From NCBI RefSeq assembly GCF_009914755.1, contig NC_060947.1: a stretch of DNA of 64,000 nucleotides. One strand, given 5' to 3'. The position numbers and the translations under genes are program-made. This document shows positions 33,730 to 47,900 of this stretch, in pieces (position 1 is the stretch's first letter; each line of letters opens with the position of its first letter). The DNA is from the human T2T-CHM13v2.0 reference genome, Homo sapiens. The notes beneath the pieces are model-generated. The model ran no database searches. It was given only the letters and a program-made list of their open reading frames with translations, and was not told the DNA's origin.

Positions 33730-35940
33730 AATGTTTTAAATTTTGGATTCAGGGAACACATGTGCAGGTTTGTTACCTGGGTATATTGCATGATGCTCAA
33801 GTTTGGAGTATAGATGGTCCCATCACCCAGATAGTGAGCATAGTACCCAATAGGTAGTTTTTCAGCACATAACCTCCTCCTTTACTCTCCCCCTCTAGTA
33901 GTCCCCAGTGTCTGTTGTTCTCATCTTTATGTATATTTGTTTTCAATGTTTAGCTCCTACTTACGAGTGAGACCATGTTGCTGCAAAGGACATGATTTCA
34001 TTCTTTTTTATGGCTGTGTAGTATTTCATGGTTCATGGTGTATATGTGCCACATTTTCCTTATCCCTGACACCATTGATGGGCATCTGGGTTAATTTTAC
34101 ATCTTTGCTATTGTGAATAGTGCTGCTATGAACATATGAATGCATATGGCTCTTTGATAGAATGATTTATTTTTTTGAGACAAGAGTCTTACTCTGTCGC
34201 CCAGGCTGGAGTGCAGTGGCATGATCTCGGCTTACTGCCATCTTCGCCTTACAGGTTCAAGTGATTCTCATGCCTCAGCCTCCTGAGTAGTTGAGATTAT
34301 AGGCATGCACCACAATGCCCGACTGATTTTTGTATTTTCAGTACAAATGGGATTTCACCATGTTGGCCAGGCTGGTCTCGAATTCCTGGCCTCAAGTGAT
34401 CCACCCACCTTTGCCTCCCAAAGTGCTGGGATTACAGGTGTGATGGCCTAGAACAATTTATTTTCCTTTGGTACATACCCACTAATGGGATTGCTGTGTT
34501 GAATGGTAATTCTAAATTCTTTGAGAAACCTCTAAGCTGCTTTCCACAATGGCTGAACTAATTTACGTTCCCCCCAGCAATGTATACATGTTCCCTTTTA
34601 TCCACAGCCTTACCAACATCTGTTATTTTTTAAATTTTTATAGCCATTCTGACTGTTGTGAGATGGTATCTCTGTGATTTTGATTTTTATTTCTCTGATG
34701 ATTAAAGATGAGCATTTTTAAAAATATATTTGTTGGCTACTTGTATGTCTTTTTCTAAGAAGTGTCTGTTCATGTCTTTTGCCCACGTTTTCATGAAGTT
34801 ATTGGTTTTTCGCCTGTTCAATTATTTAAGTTACTTATAGACTCTGGATATTACACCTTTGTCAGATGCAGTTTGTTAATATTTTCTTCCATCCTGTAGG
34901 CTGTCTGTTTACTCTGTTAATAGTTTCTTCTGGTGTGCAGAAACTCTTTAATTAGGTCCCATTTGTTAATTTTTGTTTTTGTTGCAATTGCTTTTGAGGA
35001 CTTAGTCATAAATTCTTTGCCAAAGCTGATATCTAGAAGGGAATTTCCTAGATTTTCTTTTAAGATTTTTATAGTAAGAGATCTTAAATTTAAATGTTTT
35101 ATCCAGCATGTTAATTTTTGTATGTGGTAAAAGGAAGGGGTTGTTTCATTCTTCTGCATAGGGCTAGCCAGCTATTCCAGCACCATTTACTAACTAGAAA
35201 CTTCTTTCCCCATTTCTTATTTTTATCAAATTTATTGAAGATCAGTTGGTTGTAGGTGTGCAGCTTTATTTCTGGGTTCTCTTACTCTCTTTCATTGGTC
35301 TATATGTCTGTTTTTGTACCATTATCATGCTATTTTGCTTACTGTAGCCTTGTAGTATAGTTAGAAGTTGTGTAATGTGATGCCTACAGCTTTTTTATTT
35401 TTGCTTAGGATTGCTTTGACTATTCCAGCTCTTTTTTGGCTTCATTTGGAATTTTTTTTTCTATTTTTGTGAAAAATGATGTTGGTAGTTTGATAGCATT
35501 GAATCTGTAGATTGCTTTGTGTAGTATAGCCATTTTAACAACATTGATTCTTCTAATCAATGAGCATGTAATGTTTTCTTATTTGTTTGTGTCATCTATT
35601 ATTTCTTTCATCAGTGTTTTATAGTCCTCCTTGTAGAGATCTTTTCCTTCCTTAGATAGGTGTATTCCTAGGTATTTTATATTTTGTGGCTTTTGTAAAT
35701 GGAATTGCATTATTGATTTGGCTCTCAGCTTGAATGTTGTTGGTGTATAGAAACGCTACTGATTTTTGTACATTGATTTTGTATCCTGAAACTTTATTGA
35801 AGTAATTTATCAGTTCTGGGAGCTTTTGGGCAGAGTATTGTTTTCTAGGTATAAAATCATATCATTGGTGAAGAGAGATAATTTTACTTTTTCTTTTCCT
35901 ATTTGGATACCTTCTTTTTATTTCTCTTGCCTGATTGCCC
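33730..35940 (-). mobile_element. 5'-truncated old L1PA (PA13-16-like), split by an Alu
   Basis: Antisense 3'UTR 'acatgtgcaggtttgttacctgggtatattgcatgatgct'; ORF2 remnants (ORF 34917). Confidence 0.88.
34171..34448 (-). mobile_element. Alu (AluS-like)
   Basis: Dimer; TSD TAGAA(TG/CA)ATTTATTT. Confidence 0.93.
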
Positions 35941-36135
35941 ATGGAGGATTTTACATGGGAGATTTTTATTGGCCAGTCCTAGAACTGATATGTATCTTCT
36001 ACTCACATTCTTTCAAATATAACTCAGTCCCCTGCAAGAGGACTGCAGAGGAGAGGGGGAAATTTATTCTAGGCATGTGCCCAGGAAAATGAGGAGAAAA
36101 ATGTTTTGATGATTACCTACCCAGTCACTGTTACA
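35941..36135 (-). mobile_element. Old MLT1J/K-like LTR fragment
   Basis: 'cttctactcacattc..aactcagtc..tgtgcccaggaaa' resembles MLT1J/K (recall). Confidence 0.45.
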
Positions 36136-38391
36136 GTAGGTAGTTATTCTTGTCTCCTATGCATATGATTGATTTCAGCTTATTCAGCTTATTCATTTCT
36201 CAAATTCTAGAAACAAGTTCCCAGTCTGTTACTCTGTTACCCAATGAATTTCTAATTGCACACTTCTTTTTTTTTAAACCAGCTTTACTGAGGTATAATT
36301 GTGAAATGAAATTGTATATATTTAAGTTGTACATGATGTTTTGATACACATATACAATACATTATGAATGGATTACCACAATCAAGCTAATTAACATACC
36401 TATCACCTCCCGTTATTACCACTTGTTTTTTTCTGGTGAGAATACTAAAGATCAACTCTCTTAAATTTCACGTATACAATACTTTATTAACTATAGTCAT
36501 CATTTTGTACATCAGGAGTCCAGAACTCATTCATCTTGCAATTGAAGGTCTGTGCCCTTTGAAAACTATCTCTTCATTTCCTTCACCCCAGCCACTGGCC
36601 ATCACCCTTCCACTCTCTGCTTCTATAAGTTCAACTGTTTCAGAGTTCACATATAAGTGAGATCATGCAGTAATTGACTATCTGTATCTGGCTTATTTTA
36701 CTTTGCATAATGCCCTCCAGGTTTATATGTGTTGTAACAAATAACAGAATTTTCTTCATTTTTAAGGCTGAATATTATTTTATCATATATATATATATAT
36801 ATATATATATGGTGTATACATATATATATGGTGTGTGTATATATATACATATGTATATATACACCATATTTTCTTTATTCATTCACCCATCAATAAACAT
36901 GTAAGTTGTTTTCTAGGCTATTGTGAATAATGCTCCAGTGAGCACTGGGGGTGCAGTATGTCTTTGAGAAGTGATTTTATTTTCTTTGTATATATACTCA
37001 GAAAGGGAGACTGCCAGATAATACGGTTATTTTATTTTTAAGATTTTGAGGAACCTCCATACTAATTTCATAATGACTTTACCAATTTATAATACATTCT
37101 CAACAACAGTGTACAAGGGGTTCCTTTTCTTCACATCCTCACCAATACTTATCTTTTTACTTTTGATAATAGCCATTCTAACAGGTGTGTGGTGATATTT
37201 AATTGTAGTTTTGATTTGCATTTTCCTGGTGATTGGTGATGTTGGACATTTTTTCACATACCTGTTGGCCATTTGCATTTCTTCTTTGAAAAAATTTCTA
37301 TTCAGGGTCTTTGATAATTTTTCTTTTCTTTTTTTTTTTGCTATTGAGTTGTATGAATTTCTTATATTTTTGGATATTAACCTCCAATCAGATATATGAC
37401 TTGCAAATATTTTTTCTCATTACCTACGCTTCCATTGATTTCATTTTTTTCTTTGCTATGGAGAAACATTAGATTGATGAAGTCTCAGTTGTATATTTTT
37501 CCTTTTGTTCCCTGTGCTTCTGGTGCCATTAAAAAAAAATTACTGCCAAGACAAATGTCATAAAGCTTTGGCCTTATTTTCTTCTGGTAATTTTATGCTT
37601 TCAAATCTTACATTTGAATCTTTGATCTATTTTGAGTTGATTTTTGTATATGAGGTGAATAAGGGTCCAATGTCATTCATCAGCATGTGGATATCTACTT
37701 TTGCCAACAGTATTTATTGAAGAGACTGTCATATCCCCCTTGTGTTTTCTTGGCTTTTTTTTTAGATCAAATTACCATAAACTGTTGGATTTATTTCTGG
37801 TCTCTCTCTTTTCTTCCATTGATCTATGTATCTGTTTTTATATCAGTACCATGCTGTTTTGATTACTGTTGCTTTGTAATATAATTAGAAACAGTTTTTA
37901 AATTTTTGTTCAAGATTGCTTTGGCTATTCAGATCTTTTGTGGTTCCATGTGAATTTTATAATTTCTTTTGCTATTTCTGTGAAAATTTCATTGGAGTTT
38001 TGACAGGGATTGCATTGAATCTGTAGACCACTTTCAGTAATATGGATTTTTTAACAATATTAATTCTTCCAATCCATGAACATGGTATATCTTTCTATTT
38101 GTTTGAGTCTTCTTCAGTTTCTTTCATCATTGTCGTATAGTTTTGGGTGTAGAGATCTTTTACCTCCTTGGTTAAATTTATTCGTAGACATTTTATTTTT
38201 TACAACCATTGCAAATGGGGCAGTTTTCTGGATTACTTCTTCAGATAGTTCATTTTTAGTTTATAAAAATGCTTACAATTTTTTATGTTGCTTTTGTGTC
38301 CTGCAACTTTACTCAATTCATTCATTAGTTCTAACAGTTATTTTGGTGGAGTACTTAGGGCCTTCTATATATAAGACAGTGCTATCTTTAA

Positions 38392-38905
38392 ATAAATCAT
38401 GCTGCTATAAAGACATATGCACACATATGTTTATTGCAGCACTATTCACAATAGCAAAGACTTGGAACCAACCCAAATGTCCAACAATGATAGACTGGAT
38501 TAAGAAAATGTGGCACATATACACCATGGAATACTATGCAGCCATAAAAAATGATGAGTTCATGTCCTTTGTAGGGACATGGATGAAGCTGGAAACCATC
38601 ATTCTCAGCAAACTATCACAAGGACAAAAAACCAAACACCACATGTTCTCACTTATAGGTGGGAATTGAACAATGAGAACACATGGACACAGGAAGGGGA
38701 ATATCACACACCGGGGACTGTTGTAGGGTTGGGGGAGGGGGAAGGGATAGCATTAGGAGATATACCTAATGCTAAATGATGAGTTAAAAGGTGCAGCACA
38801 CCAACATGGCACATGTATACATATGTAACAAACCTGCACATTGTGCACATGTACCCTAAAACTTAAAGTATATTAATAATAAAATAAAAAACAAATAAAT
38901 AAATA
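38392..38905 (+). mobile_element. Short 5'-truncated young L1PA (PA4/5-like)
   Basis: ORF2 terminal peptide SCCYKD...SLIGGN*, 3'UTR and (TAAA)n tail, opposite in orientation to the host. Confidence 0.92.
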
Positions 38906-40545
38906 AATAGATAATTTACTCCTTTCCTATTTGGATGCTGTTTATTTCTTTTTATTTTCTATTTGCTCTCTAGGACTTCCAGTGCTTTTAAATAGAAGTG
39001 GCAAGAGTGGGCATTCTTTTCTTCTTCTCAATCTCAGAGATAAAACTTTCAGTTTTTTACAATTAAGTATGATGTTAGCTATAGGCTTGTCATATATATT
39101 TTTTAAAAAGATTTAAAAAAATTAAATTATTTTTTAACATTTTTGTGGGTACATGGTGTATATATTTATGGGGTACATGAGATGTTTTGATAAAGGCATG
39201 CAATGTGAAATAAGCATATCATAAGGGGAAATAGGATATCCATCACCTCAACCATTTATTATTTGAATTACAAACAATCCAATTATGTTCTTTTAGTTAT
39301 TTACAAATATATAATTAAGTTATTATGACTATAATCACCCTCTTGTACAGTCAGATAGTAGATCTTATTCATTCTATTTTATTGGACCCATTAACTCTCC
39401 CCACCTCCTCCCCCCCTCAGCCTCCCACTACCTTTCCCAGCCTCTGGTAACCATCCTTCTACTCTTGATGTCCATTAGTTCAATTTATTGGACTTTTAGA
39501 TCCCACAAATGGGTGAGAACATTCAACGTTTGTCTTTCTGTGCCTTATTTCACCTAAAATAATGATCTCCAGTTCCATCTATGTTGTTGCAAATGATAGA
39601 ATCTCACTCTTTTTTATTGCAGACTTTATTGTGTGTATGTAGCACATTTTCTCTATCAATTCATTTGTTGATGGACACTTAGGTTGCTTCCAAATGTTAC
39701 CTATTGTAAACAGTGCTGCAACAAACATAGGAGTGCAGGTATATCCCTGATATACTGATTTCCTGTCTTTTGGGTATATACCCAGCAGTGGGATTGCTGG
39801 ATCATATGGTAACTCTATTTTTAGTTTTTTGAGGAACCACCAAACTGTTCATAGTGGTTGTACTAATTTACATTTTAACCAACAGTATACAAGGGCTTCC
39901 TTTTCTCCACATTTTCACCAGCATTTGTTACTGCCTGTCTGTTGGATGTAAGACATTTTAACTGGGGTGAGATGGTATCTTACTGTACTTTTTATTTGCA
40001 TTTACCTTATGATCGATGATGTTGAGCACCTTTTCATATGATTGTCACTTCTATGTCTTCTTTTGATCAATGTCTATTCAGATCTTTTGCTCACTTTTTG
40101 ATTGGATCATATTTTTTTCTTTTGAATTGTTTGAGCTCCCTATATATTCTGCTTATTAATCCCTTGTCAGAGGGGTAGTTTGCAAATATATTCTCCTATT
40201 CTGTGCATTGTTGATTGTATTATTTGCTGTGCAGAGGTTTTTTAACTGGATGTAATCTCATTTGTCCATGTTTGCTTTGATTACCGGTGCTTGTGGGGTA
40301 TTACTCAGAAAATCTTTGCCCAGATCAATGTCCTGGAGATTTTCTCCAATATTTTCTTGTAGTAGTTTCATAGTTTGAGGTCTCAGATTAAAGTCTTTAA
40401 TGCATTTTAATTTGATTTTTGTATATGGTGGAAGATAGAGGTTTAGTTTCATTCTTTTGCATATCGATATCCAGTTTTCTCAGCATCATTAATCTAAGAC
40501 TTTTTCCTCGTGTATGTTCTTGGCTCCTTTATAAAAATAAGTTAG

Positions 40546-40765
40546 GAGGCTCACACTTGTAATCCCAGCAGTTTGGGGGGCCAGGCAAATGGATCTCTTG
40601 AGGTCAGGAGTTTGAGACAAGCTTGGCCAACATGGTGAAAACCTGTCTCTACTAAAAATACAGAATCAGTTGAGCCCAGGAGGTGGAGGTTGCAGTGAGC
40701 CAAGATTACACCACTGTACTCCAGCCTGGGCAACAGAGCAAGACTCTATCTCAAAAAAAAAAAAA
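40546..40765 (+). mobile_element. Alu with an internal deletion
   Basis: Left arm runs to 'ctactaaaaatac' and joins directly to right-arm 'agaatc'; poly-A; AAGTT on both flanks. Confidence 0.9.
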
Positions 40766-41890
40766 GTTCACTCTAGATAAATGGATTCATTTATAGGTTC
40801 TCTATTCTGTTCCATTGGTCCGTCTGACTCCTTTTTATTCCAGTGCCATGCTGTTTTGCTTACTGTAGCTCTGTAGTATAATTTGAAGTCAGGTAATGTG
40901 ATTCCTCCAGTCTTGTCATTTTTGCTTAGGATAGCTTCGGCTATTCTAGGTCTTTTGTGGTTCCATATAAATTGTAGGTCTGATTTTTCCATTTCTGTGA
41001 GGAATGTAATTGGTATTTTGTTGGGGATTGCATTGAATCTATAGATTGCTTTGAGTAGTATGGACATTTTAACAATATTGATTTTTTTCTGATTTATAAA
41101 CATAAAATTCTTTTCTATTTTTTAATGTTCTCTTCAATTTTCTTCATCAGTGTTTTTCAGTTTTTGTTATAGAGATTTTAAATTCTTTAGTTAATTTCTA
41201 GGTATTTAATTTTATGTGTAGCTATTGTATATGGGATTACTTTTTAATTTATTTTTTACATTGTTCACTGTTGACATATAGAAATGCTACTGATTTTGTA
41301 CATTGATTTTGTATCCTATAAATATACTGAATTTGTTTATCAGTTTTAATAGTTTCTTGGTGATATCTATAGGTTTTTCCAAATATAAGATTATATCATC
41401 AGCAAACAAGGACAATTTGACTTCTTCCTTTCCAATTTGGATTCTCTTCATATCTTTCTCTTGTCTGATTACTCTAGCTAGGACTTACAGTACAATGTTG
41501 AATAATAGTAATGACAGTGGGCATCCTTGTGTTCCAGATTTTAAAGGAAAGTCTTTTAGTTTTTCCCCATTCAGTATGATACTCACTGTGGATCTGTTGT
41601 ATATAAATTTTATTATATTGAGGTATGCTTTTATCTATATTCAGTATTTTGAGGGTTTTAAAAATGATGGATGTTTAATTTTATCAAATGCTTTGTCAGT
41701 ATCAATTGAAATGATATGGCTTTTATCCTTCATTTTCTTGATGTGATGTATCATGTTGATTGATGTGCAATTGTTGAAACATTCTTGCTCCCAGAATTAA
41801 ATCCCACTTGATCATAATGAATAATCCTGTTAATATATTGTAGAACTTAGTTTGCTACTATTTTGTTGATGATTTTTGCATTAATATTGT

Positions 41891-44096
41891 TGTATTAGTC
41901 TGTTCTCACACTGCTAATAAAGACATACCTGAGATTGGGTAATTTATAAATGAAAGAGGTTTAAGTGACTCATAGTTCCACATGGCTGGGGAGGCCTCAC
42001 AGTCATGGTGAAAGGCAAAGGAAGAGCAAAGTCACGACTTGCATGGTGACAGGCAAAAGAGAGTATGTGCAGGAGAACTTCTTTTCATAAAACCATCAGA
42101 TCTTGTGAGACTTATTCAGTATCATGAGAACAGCACAGGAAACACCTGCCCCCATGCCCATCAGGTCCCTCCCATGACGTGGGAATTATGGGAGCTACAG
42201 TTTATGATGAGATTTGGGTGGGGACAGAGCCAAACCATATCATTTCACCCCTGACCCCTCCCAGATCTCATGTCCTCACATTTTAAAACCAATCATACCT
42301 TCTCAATAGTCTCCCAAAGTCTTAACTCATTTCAGCATTAACCGAAAAGCCCACAGTCCAAAGTCTCATCTAAGACAAGGCATGTCTTTTCCACCTATGA
42401 GCCTGTAAAATCAAAAGCAAGTTAGTTACTTTCTAGATACAATGTGGGTACAGGCATTGGGTAAATGTTCTCATTCCATATGGGAGACAATGGCCAAAAT
42501 GGAGGGGCTACAGGCCTAATGCAAATCGAAAATCCAATAGGGCTGTCATTAAACCTTAAAGTTCCAAAATAATCTCCTTTGACTCCATGTCTCACATCCA
42601 AGTCATGTTGATACAAAAGGGGGGTTCCCATGGTCTTGGGCAGCTCTACTTCTGTGGCTTTGCAGGATGCAGCCCTTTTTCTGGCTACTTTTACAGGCTG
42701 GCATTGAGTGTCTGTGGCTTTTCCAGGCACACAGTGCAAGCTTTCAGTGGATCTACCTTTCTGGGGTCTGAAGAACAGTGGCCCTTTTCTCACAGCTCCC
42801 CTAGGCAGTGCCGCAGTGGGGACTCTATTTGGGAGCTTCAACTTCAAATTTCCCTTCCACACTACCCTAGCAGAGGTTCTCCATGAGGGCCCCACTCCTT
42901 CAGTTAACTTCTGGCCAGACATCCAGGCATTTGCATACATCATCTGAAATCTAGGCGGAGGTTCCCAAACCTCAACTCTTGACTTTTCTGCATCTGAGGA
43001 CTCAATGCTATGTGGAAACTGCCAATGACTGGGGCTTGCACCCTCTGAAACCATTGTCTGTGCTGTACCTTGGCCTCTTTTAGTCATGGCTGGAGCAGCT
43101 GAGATGCAGGGCACCAAGTCCCTATGCTGAACATAGCAGGTGGGCCCTGGGCCTGGCCCACCAAACTGTTTTTTCCTCCTATGCCTCTAGGCCTGCGATG
43201 GGAGGCACTGCCGTGAAGGTCTCTGACAAGGTTTGGAGACATTTTCCCCATTGTCTTGGTGATTAACATTTGGCTCCTCATTACTTATGTAAATTTCTGC
43301 AGCTGGCTTAAATTTCTCCCAAGAACATGGGGTTTTCTTTTGCATCATCAGGCTGCAAATTTTCCAAAGTTTTCTTCTGCCAAATACCCTAAATAATCTC
43401 TCTCAAGTTAAAATTTCTACAGATACCTAGGGCAGGGGCAAAATGGTACCGGTCTCTTTGCATAGTAAGAGTAACCTTTACTCCAGTTCCCAACAAGTTC
43501 CTCATTTTTATCTGAGACCACTTCAGCCTAGAACTTATTGTCAGTATCACTATCAGCATTTTGGTCAAAGCCAATCAACAAGTCTCTAGGAAGTTCCAAA
43601 CTTTCACACATCTCCCTTTCTTTTTCTGAGCCCTCCAAACTGTTCCGGCCTCTGCCTTTTACCCATTTCCAAAGTCACTTCCACATTTTTGGGTATCTTT
43701 ACACCAGCACCCCAATACTGGTACCAATTTACTGTATTAGTCTGTTCTCACACTGCTAATAAAGACATACCCAAGACTGGGTAATTTTTAAAGGAAAGAA
43801 GTTTAATTGAGTCACAGTTCCACATGGCTGGGGAGGCCTCACAATCATGTCAGAAGGCAAAAAAGGAGCAAAGTCATGTTTTGCATGGTGGCAGGTAAAA
43901 GAGCATTTTCAGGGGAGCTCCCCTTTGTAAAACCATCAGATCTTGTGAGACGTATTCAGTATCATAAGAACAGCATGGGAAAGACCTACCCTCATGATTC
44001 AATTACCTCCTACCAGGTCCCTCACACAACTTGTGGGAATTATGGGACCTACAATTTAAGATAAGATTTGGGTGGGGATACAGCCAAATCATATCA
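41891..44096 (-). mobile_element. Complete THE1 (THE1C-like) MaLR: LTR 41891-42242, internal 42243-43732, LTR 43733-44096
   Basis: Two direct LTRs, each TGTATTAGTCTGTTCTCACACTGCTAATAAAGAC...ATATCA; 5-bp TSD ATT(G/A)T; MaLR internal ORF remnant 42422-43117. Confidence 0.95.
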
Positions 44097-44932
44097 ATTA
44101 TTCAGAGGTATTGGCCTGCAGTTTTCTTTTTTTGATATGTTCTTGGTATCAGTGTAATATTGGCCTCATAGAATGAGTTTGGAAATATTCCCTCCTCCTC
44201 TATTTTTTAGAATAATTTCAGCTGGATTAGTATTAGTTCTCCTTTAGGTGTTGGTAGAATTCAGCAGTGAAGACATTGGGTCTTGGACTTTTTTTTTGAG
44301 AGATTTTTTTTATTATAGTTTTGATCTCATTACTTGTTATTGGTCCATTCAGGTTTTGAATTCGTCCCTGGTTTATTCTTTGTAGGTTGTATGTGTCTAG
44401 AAATTTGTCCATTTCTTGTAGATTTTCCAAGTTATTGGCATATAGTTGCTCATAGTAACCACTAATAATCCTTTGACTTTCTGCAGTATCAGTTGTAATA
44501 TCTTTTTTTAAATTTTCATCTTCTCTCTTTTTTTCTTAGTCAGGCTAAAAGTTTGTCAATTTTAACTTTTTACAAAACTAACTTTTGTTTCATTGATCTT
44601 TGTATTTTTTAATTTCAATTTCCTTACTTTCTTCTCTGATCTTTATTATTTCTTTTCTTCTACTAATTTTATTAGGTTTGGTTTGCTCTTGCTTTTCTAG
44701 TTCAAGTTGCATAGTTAGATTTTTTTTGAAGTTTTTACTCTTTATTATGTAGCCACTTATAGCTATAAACTTCACTCTGAGTACTGCTTTGTTGTATTCC
44801 ATATATTTTGGTATGCTGTGTTCCCATTATCATTTGTTTCAATAAATTTTTTAATTTTCTTCTTAATTTCTTCATTCACCCACTGGTCATTCAGAAGCAT
44901 ATTGATTAATTTACATGTAGTTGTATATTTTC

Positions 44933-47900
44933 TTTTTATTTATTTTTATTTTTTATTTTTGCATAGGTATCAGGGTATGGTTGGTTTTTGGTTACATGAG
45001 TAAGTTCTTTAATGGTGATTTGTGAGATTTTGGTGCACTTATCACCCGAGCAGTATACACTGCATCACATTTGCAGTCTTTTATTCCTCACTCCTCCCAT
45101 CCTTCCCCACTGAGTCCCCAAAATCCATTGTATCATTCTTATGCCTTATATCCTCATACGTTTGCTCTCACATTTCAGTGAGAACATACAATGTTTGGTT
45201 TTCCATTCCTGGGTTACTTCACTTAGAATAATAGTCTACAATCTTATCTAGGTTGCTGCAAATGCCATTAATTGATTCCTCTTTATGGCTGATTAGTATT
45301 CCATCATATTTATATATATATATATATATATATATAAATCACAGCTTTTTTATCTACTCGTTGATTGATAGGCATCTGGGTTGGTTCCACGATTTTGCAA
45401 TTGCGAATTGTGCTGCTATAAACGTGTGTGTGCAAGTATCTTTTTCATATAATGACTTATTTTCCTCTGAGTAGATACCCAGTAGTGGAATTGCTGGATC
45501 AAATATTAGTTCTACTTTTAATTCTTTAAGGAATCTCAACACTGTTTTCCATGGTGGTTGTACCAGTTTATATTCCCACCAGCAGCGTAGAAGAGTTCCC
45601 TGATAACTGCATCCATGCCAACATCTACTGTTTTTAATTTTTTGATTATGACCATTTTTTGCAGGAGTAAGGTGGTATCGCATTGTGGTTTTCATTTTCA
45701 TTTTTCTGATCATTAGTGGTGTTGAGTATTTTTTCATATGTTTGTTGGTCATTTGTGTGTATTCTTTTGAGAAAGTCTATTCATGTCCTTAGCCCACTTT
45801 TTGATGAAATCATTTGTTTATATCTTGCTGACTTAAATTTATTGTAGATTCTGGACATTAGTTTTCTGTCAGATGTATAGATTGCAAAGATTTTCTCCCA
45901 CTCTGTGGGTTTTCTGTTTACTCTTCTGACTGTTCCTTTTGTCGTACAAAAGCTCTTTAGTTTAATTAAGTCCCAACTCTTTATCTTTGTTTTTATTACA
46001 TTTGCTTTTGGGTTCTTGGTCCTGAAATCCTTGGCTAAGTCAATGTCTACAAGGGGTTTTCCAATGTTATCTTCTAGAATTTTTATAGTTTCATGTTTTA
46101 GATTTAAGTCCTTAATCTATCTTGAGTTGATTTTTGTATAAGGTGAGAGATAAGTATCCAGTTTTATTCTCCTACATGTGGCTAGCCAGTCATCCCAGGA
46201 ATATTTGTTGAAAATGATGTCTTTTCCCCACTTTATGTTTTTGTTTTTTTTTATTGAAGATCAGTTGGATATAAGTATTTGGGTTCATTTCTATGTTCTC
46301 TATTCTGTTCCACTGGTTTATGTGCCTATTTTTATACCAATATCATGCTGTTTTTGTGACTATGGCCTTATAGCATAGTTTGAAATCAGGTAGTGTCATG
46401 CCTACAGATTTGTTCTTTTTGCTTAGCCTTGCTTTGTCTATGTGGAATGTGTTTTTGGTTCATATGAATTTTAGAATTGTTTTTTCTAATTCTGTGAAGA
46501 ATGATGGTAGTATTTTGATGGGGATTGCATTGAATTTGTAGATTGCTTTTGGCAGTATGGTCATTTTCACAATATTGTTTCTACCCATCCATGAGTATGG
46601 GATGTGTTTCCATTTGTTTGTGTCATAGATGATTTCTTTCAGCAGTGTTTTGTAGATTTTCTTATAGAGGTCTTTTGACTCCTTGGTTAGGTATATTCCT
46701 AAGTATTTTTTTTTTTTTTTTTGCAGCTATTGCGAAAGGGATTGAGTTCTTTATTTGATTCTCAGCTTAGCTGCCGTTGGTGTATGGAAGAGCTAATAAT
46801 TTGTGTACATTAATCTTGTATCTTGAAATTTACAGAATTATTTTATCAGTTCTAGGAGCTTTCTGAAAAAGTCTTTAGAGTTTTCTAGGTATACAATCAT
46901 ATCATCAGCAAACAGTGACAGTTTGATTTCCTCTATACCGATTTGGATGCTCTTTGTTTCTTTCTCTTTTCTGATTGCTCTAGCTAGGACATCCAGTACT
47001 GTGTAGAAGAGGAGTGGTGAGAGTGGGTGTACTTGTCTTGTTCCTGTTCTCAGAGGAAATGCTTTCAACTCTTCCTCATTCAGTATTATGTTGGCTTTGG
47101 GTTTGTCATAGATGGCTTTTATTTCATTGAGGTATGTTTCTTGAATGCCAATTTTGCTGAGAGTTTTAATCATAAAGGGATGCTAGATTTTGTTGAATGG
47201 TGTTTCTGCATCTATTGGGATGGCTATGTGATTTTTGTTTTTAATTCTGTTTATGTGGTGTATCACATTTATTGACTTGCATATGTTAAACCATCCCTGC
47301 ATCCCTGGTATGAAACCTACTTGATCATGGTGGATTATCTTTTTGATATTTTGTTGGATTTGGTTAGATATATTTTTTTAAAGGATTGTAGCATCTGTGT
47401 TCATCTGGGATATCAGTCTGTAGTTTTCTTTTTTGCTTATGTCCTTTCCTGGTTTTGGTATGAGGGTGACACTGACTTCATAGAATGAATTAGGGAGGGT
47501 TCCTTCTTTCTCTCTATTGTCGAATAGTGTCAATAGAATTGCTACCAGTTCTTCTTTGAATGTCTGATAGAATTCTGTTGTGAATCCATCTGGTCCTGAA
47601 CATTTTTTTGTTTCTATTTTTTAAATTACCGTTTTAATCTCGCTGCTTTTTATTGGTGTCTTCAGAGTATCTAATTCTTCCTGATCTAAGCTAGGAGGGT
47701 TGCATTTTTCCAGGAGTTTATCCATCTCTTATAGGTTTTCTAGTTTATGTGCATAAAAGTGTTCAGAGTAACCTTGAATGACCTTTTGTATTTCTTTGGT
47801 GCCAGTTGTAATATCTCTCGTTTTATTTCTTGTTGAGGTTATTTGGATTTTCTCTCTTTTTTCCCTGGGTAATCTTGCTAATGGTTTATCAACTTTATTT

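Noticed and set aside
38076-38669. 197-aa ORF with a hydrophobic N-terminus
   Set aside because: Chance read-through from antisense L1MA into an inserted L1PA tail; no promoter or splice support
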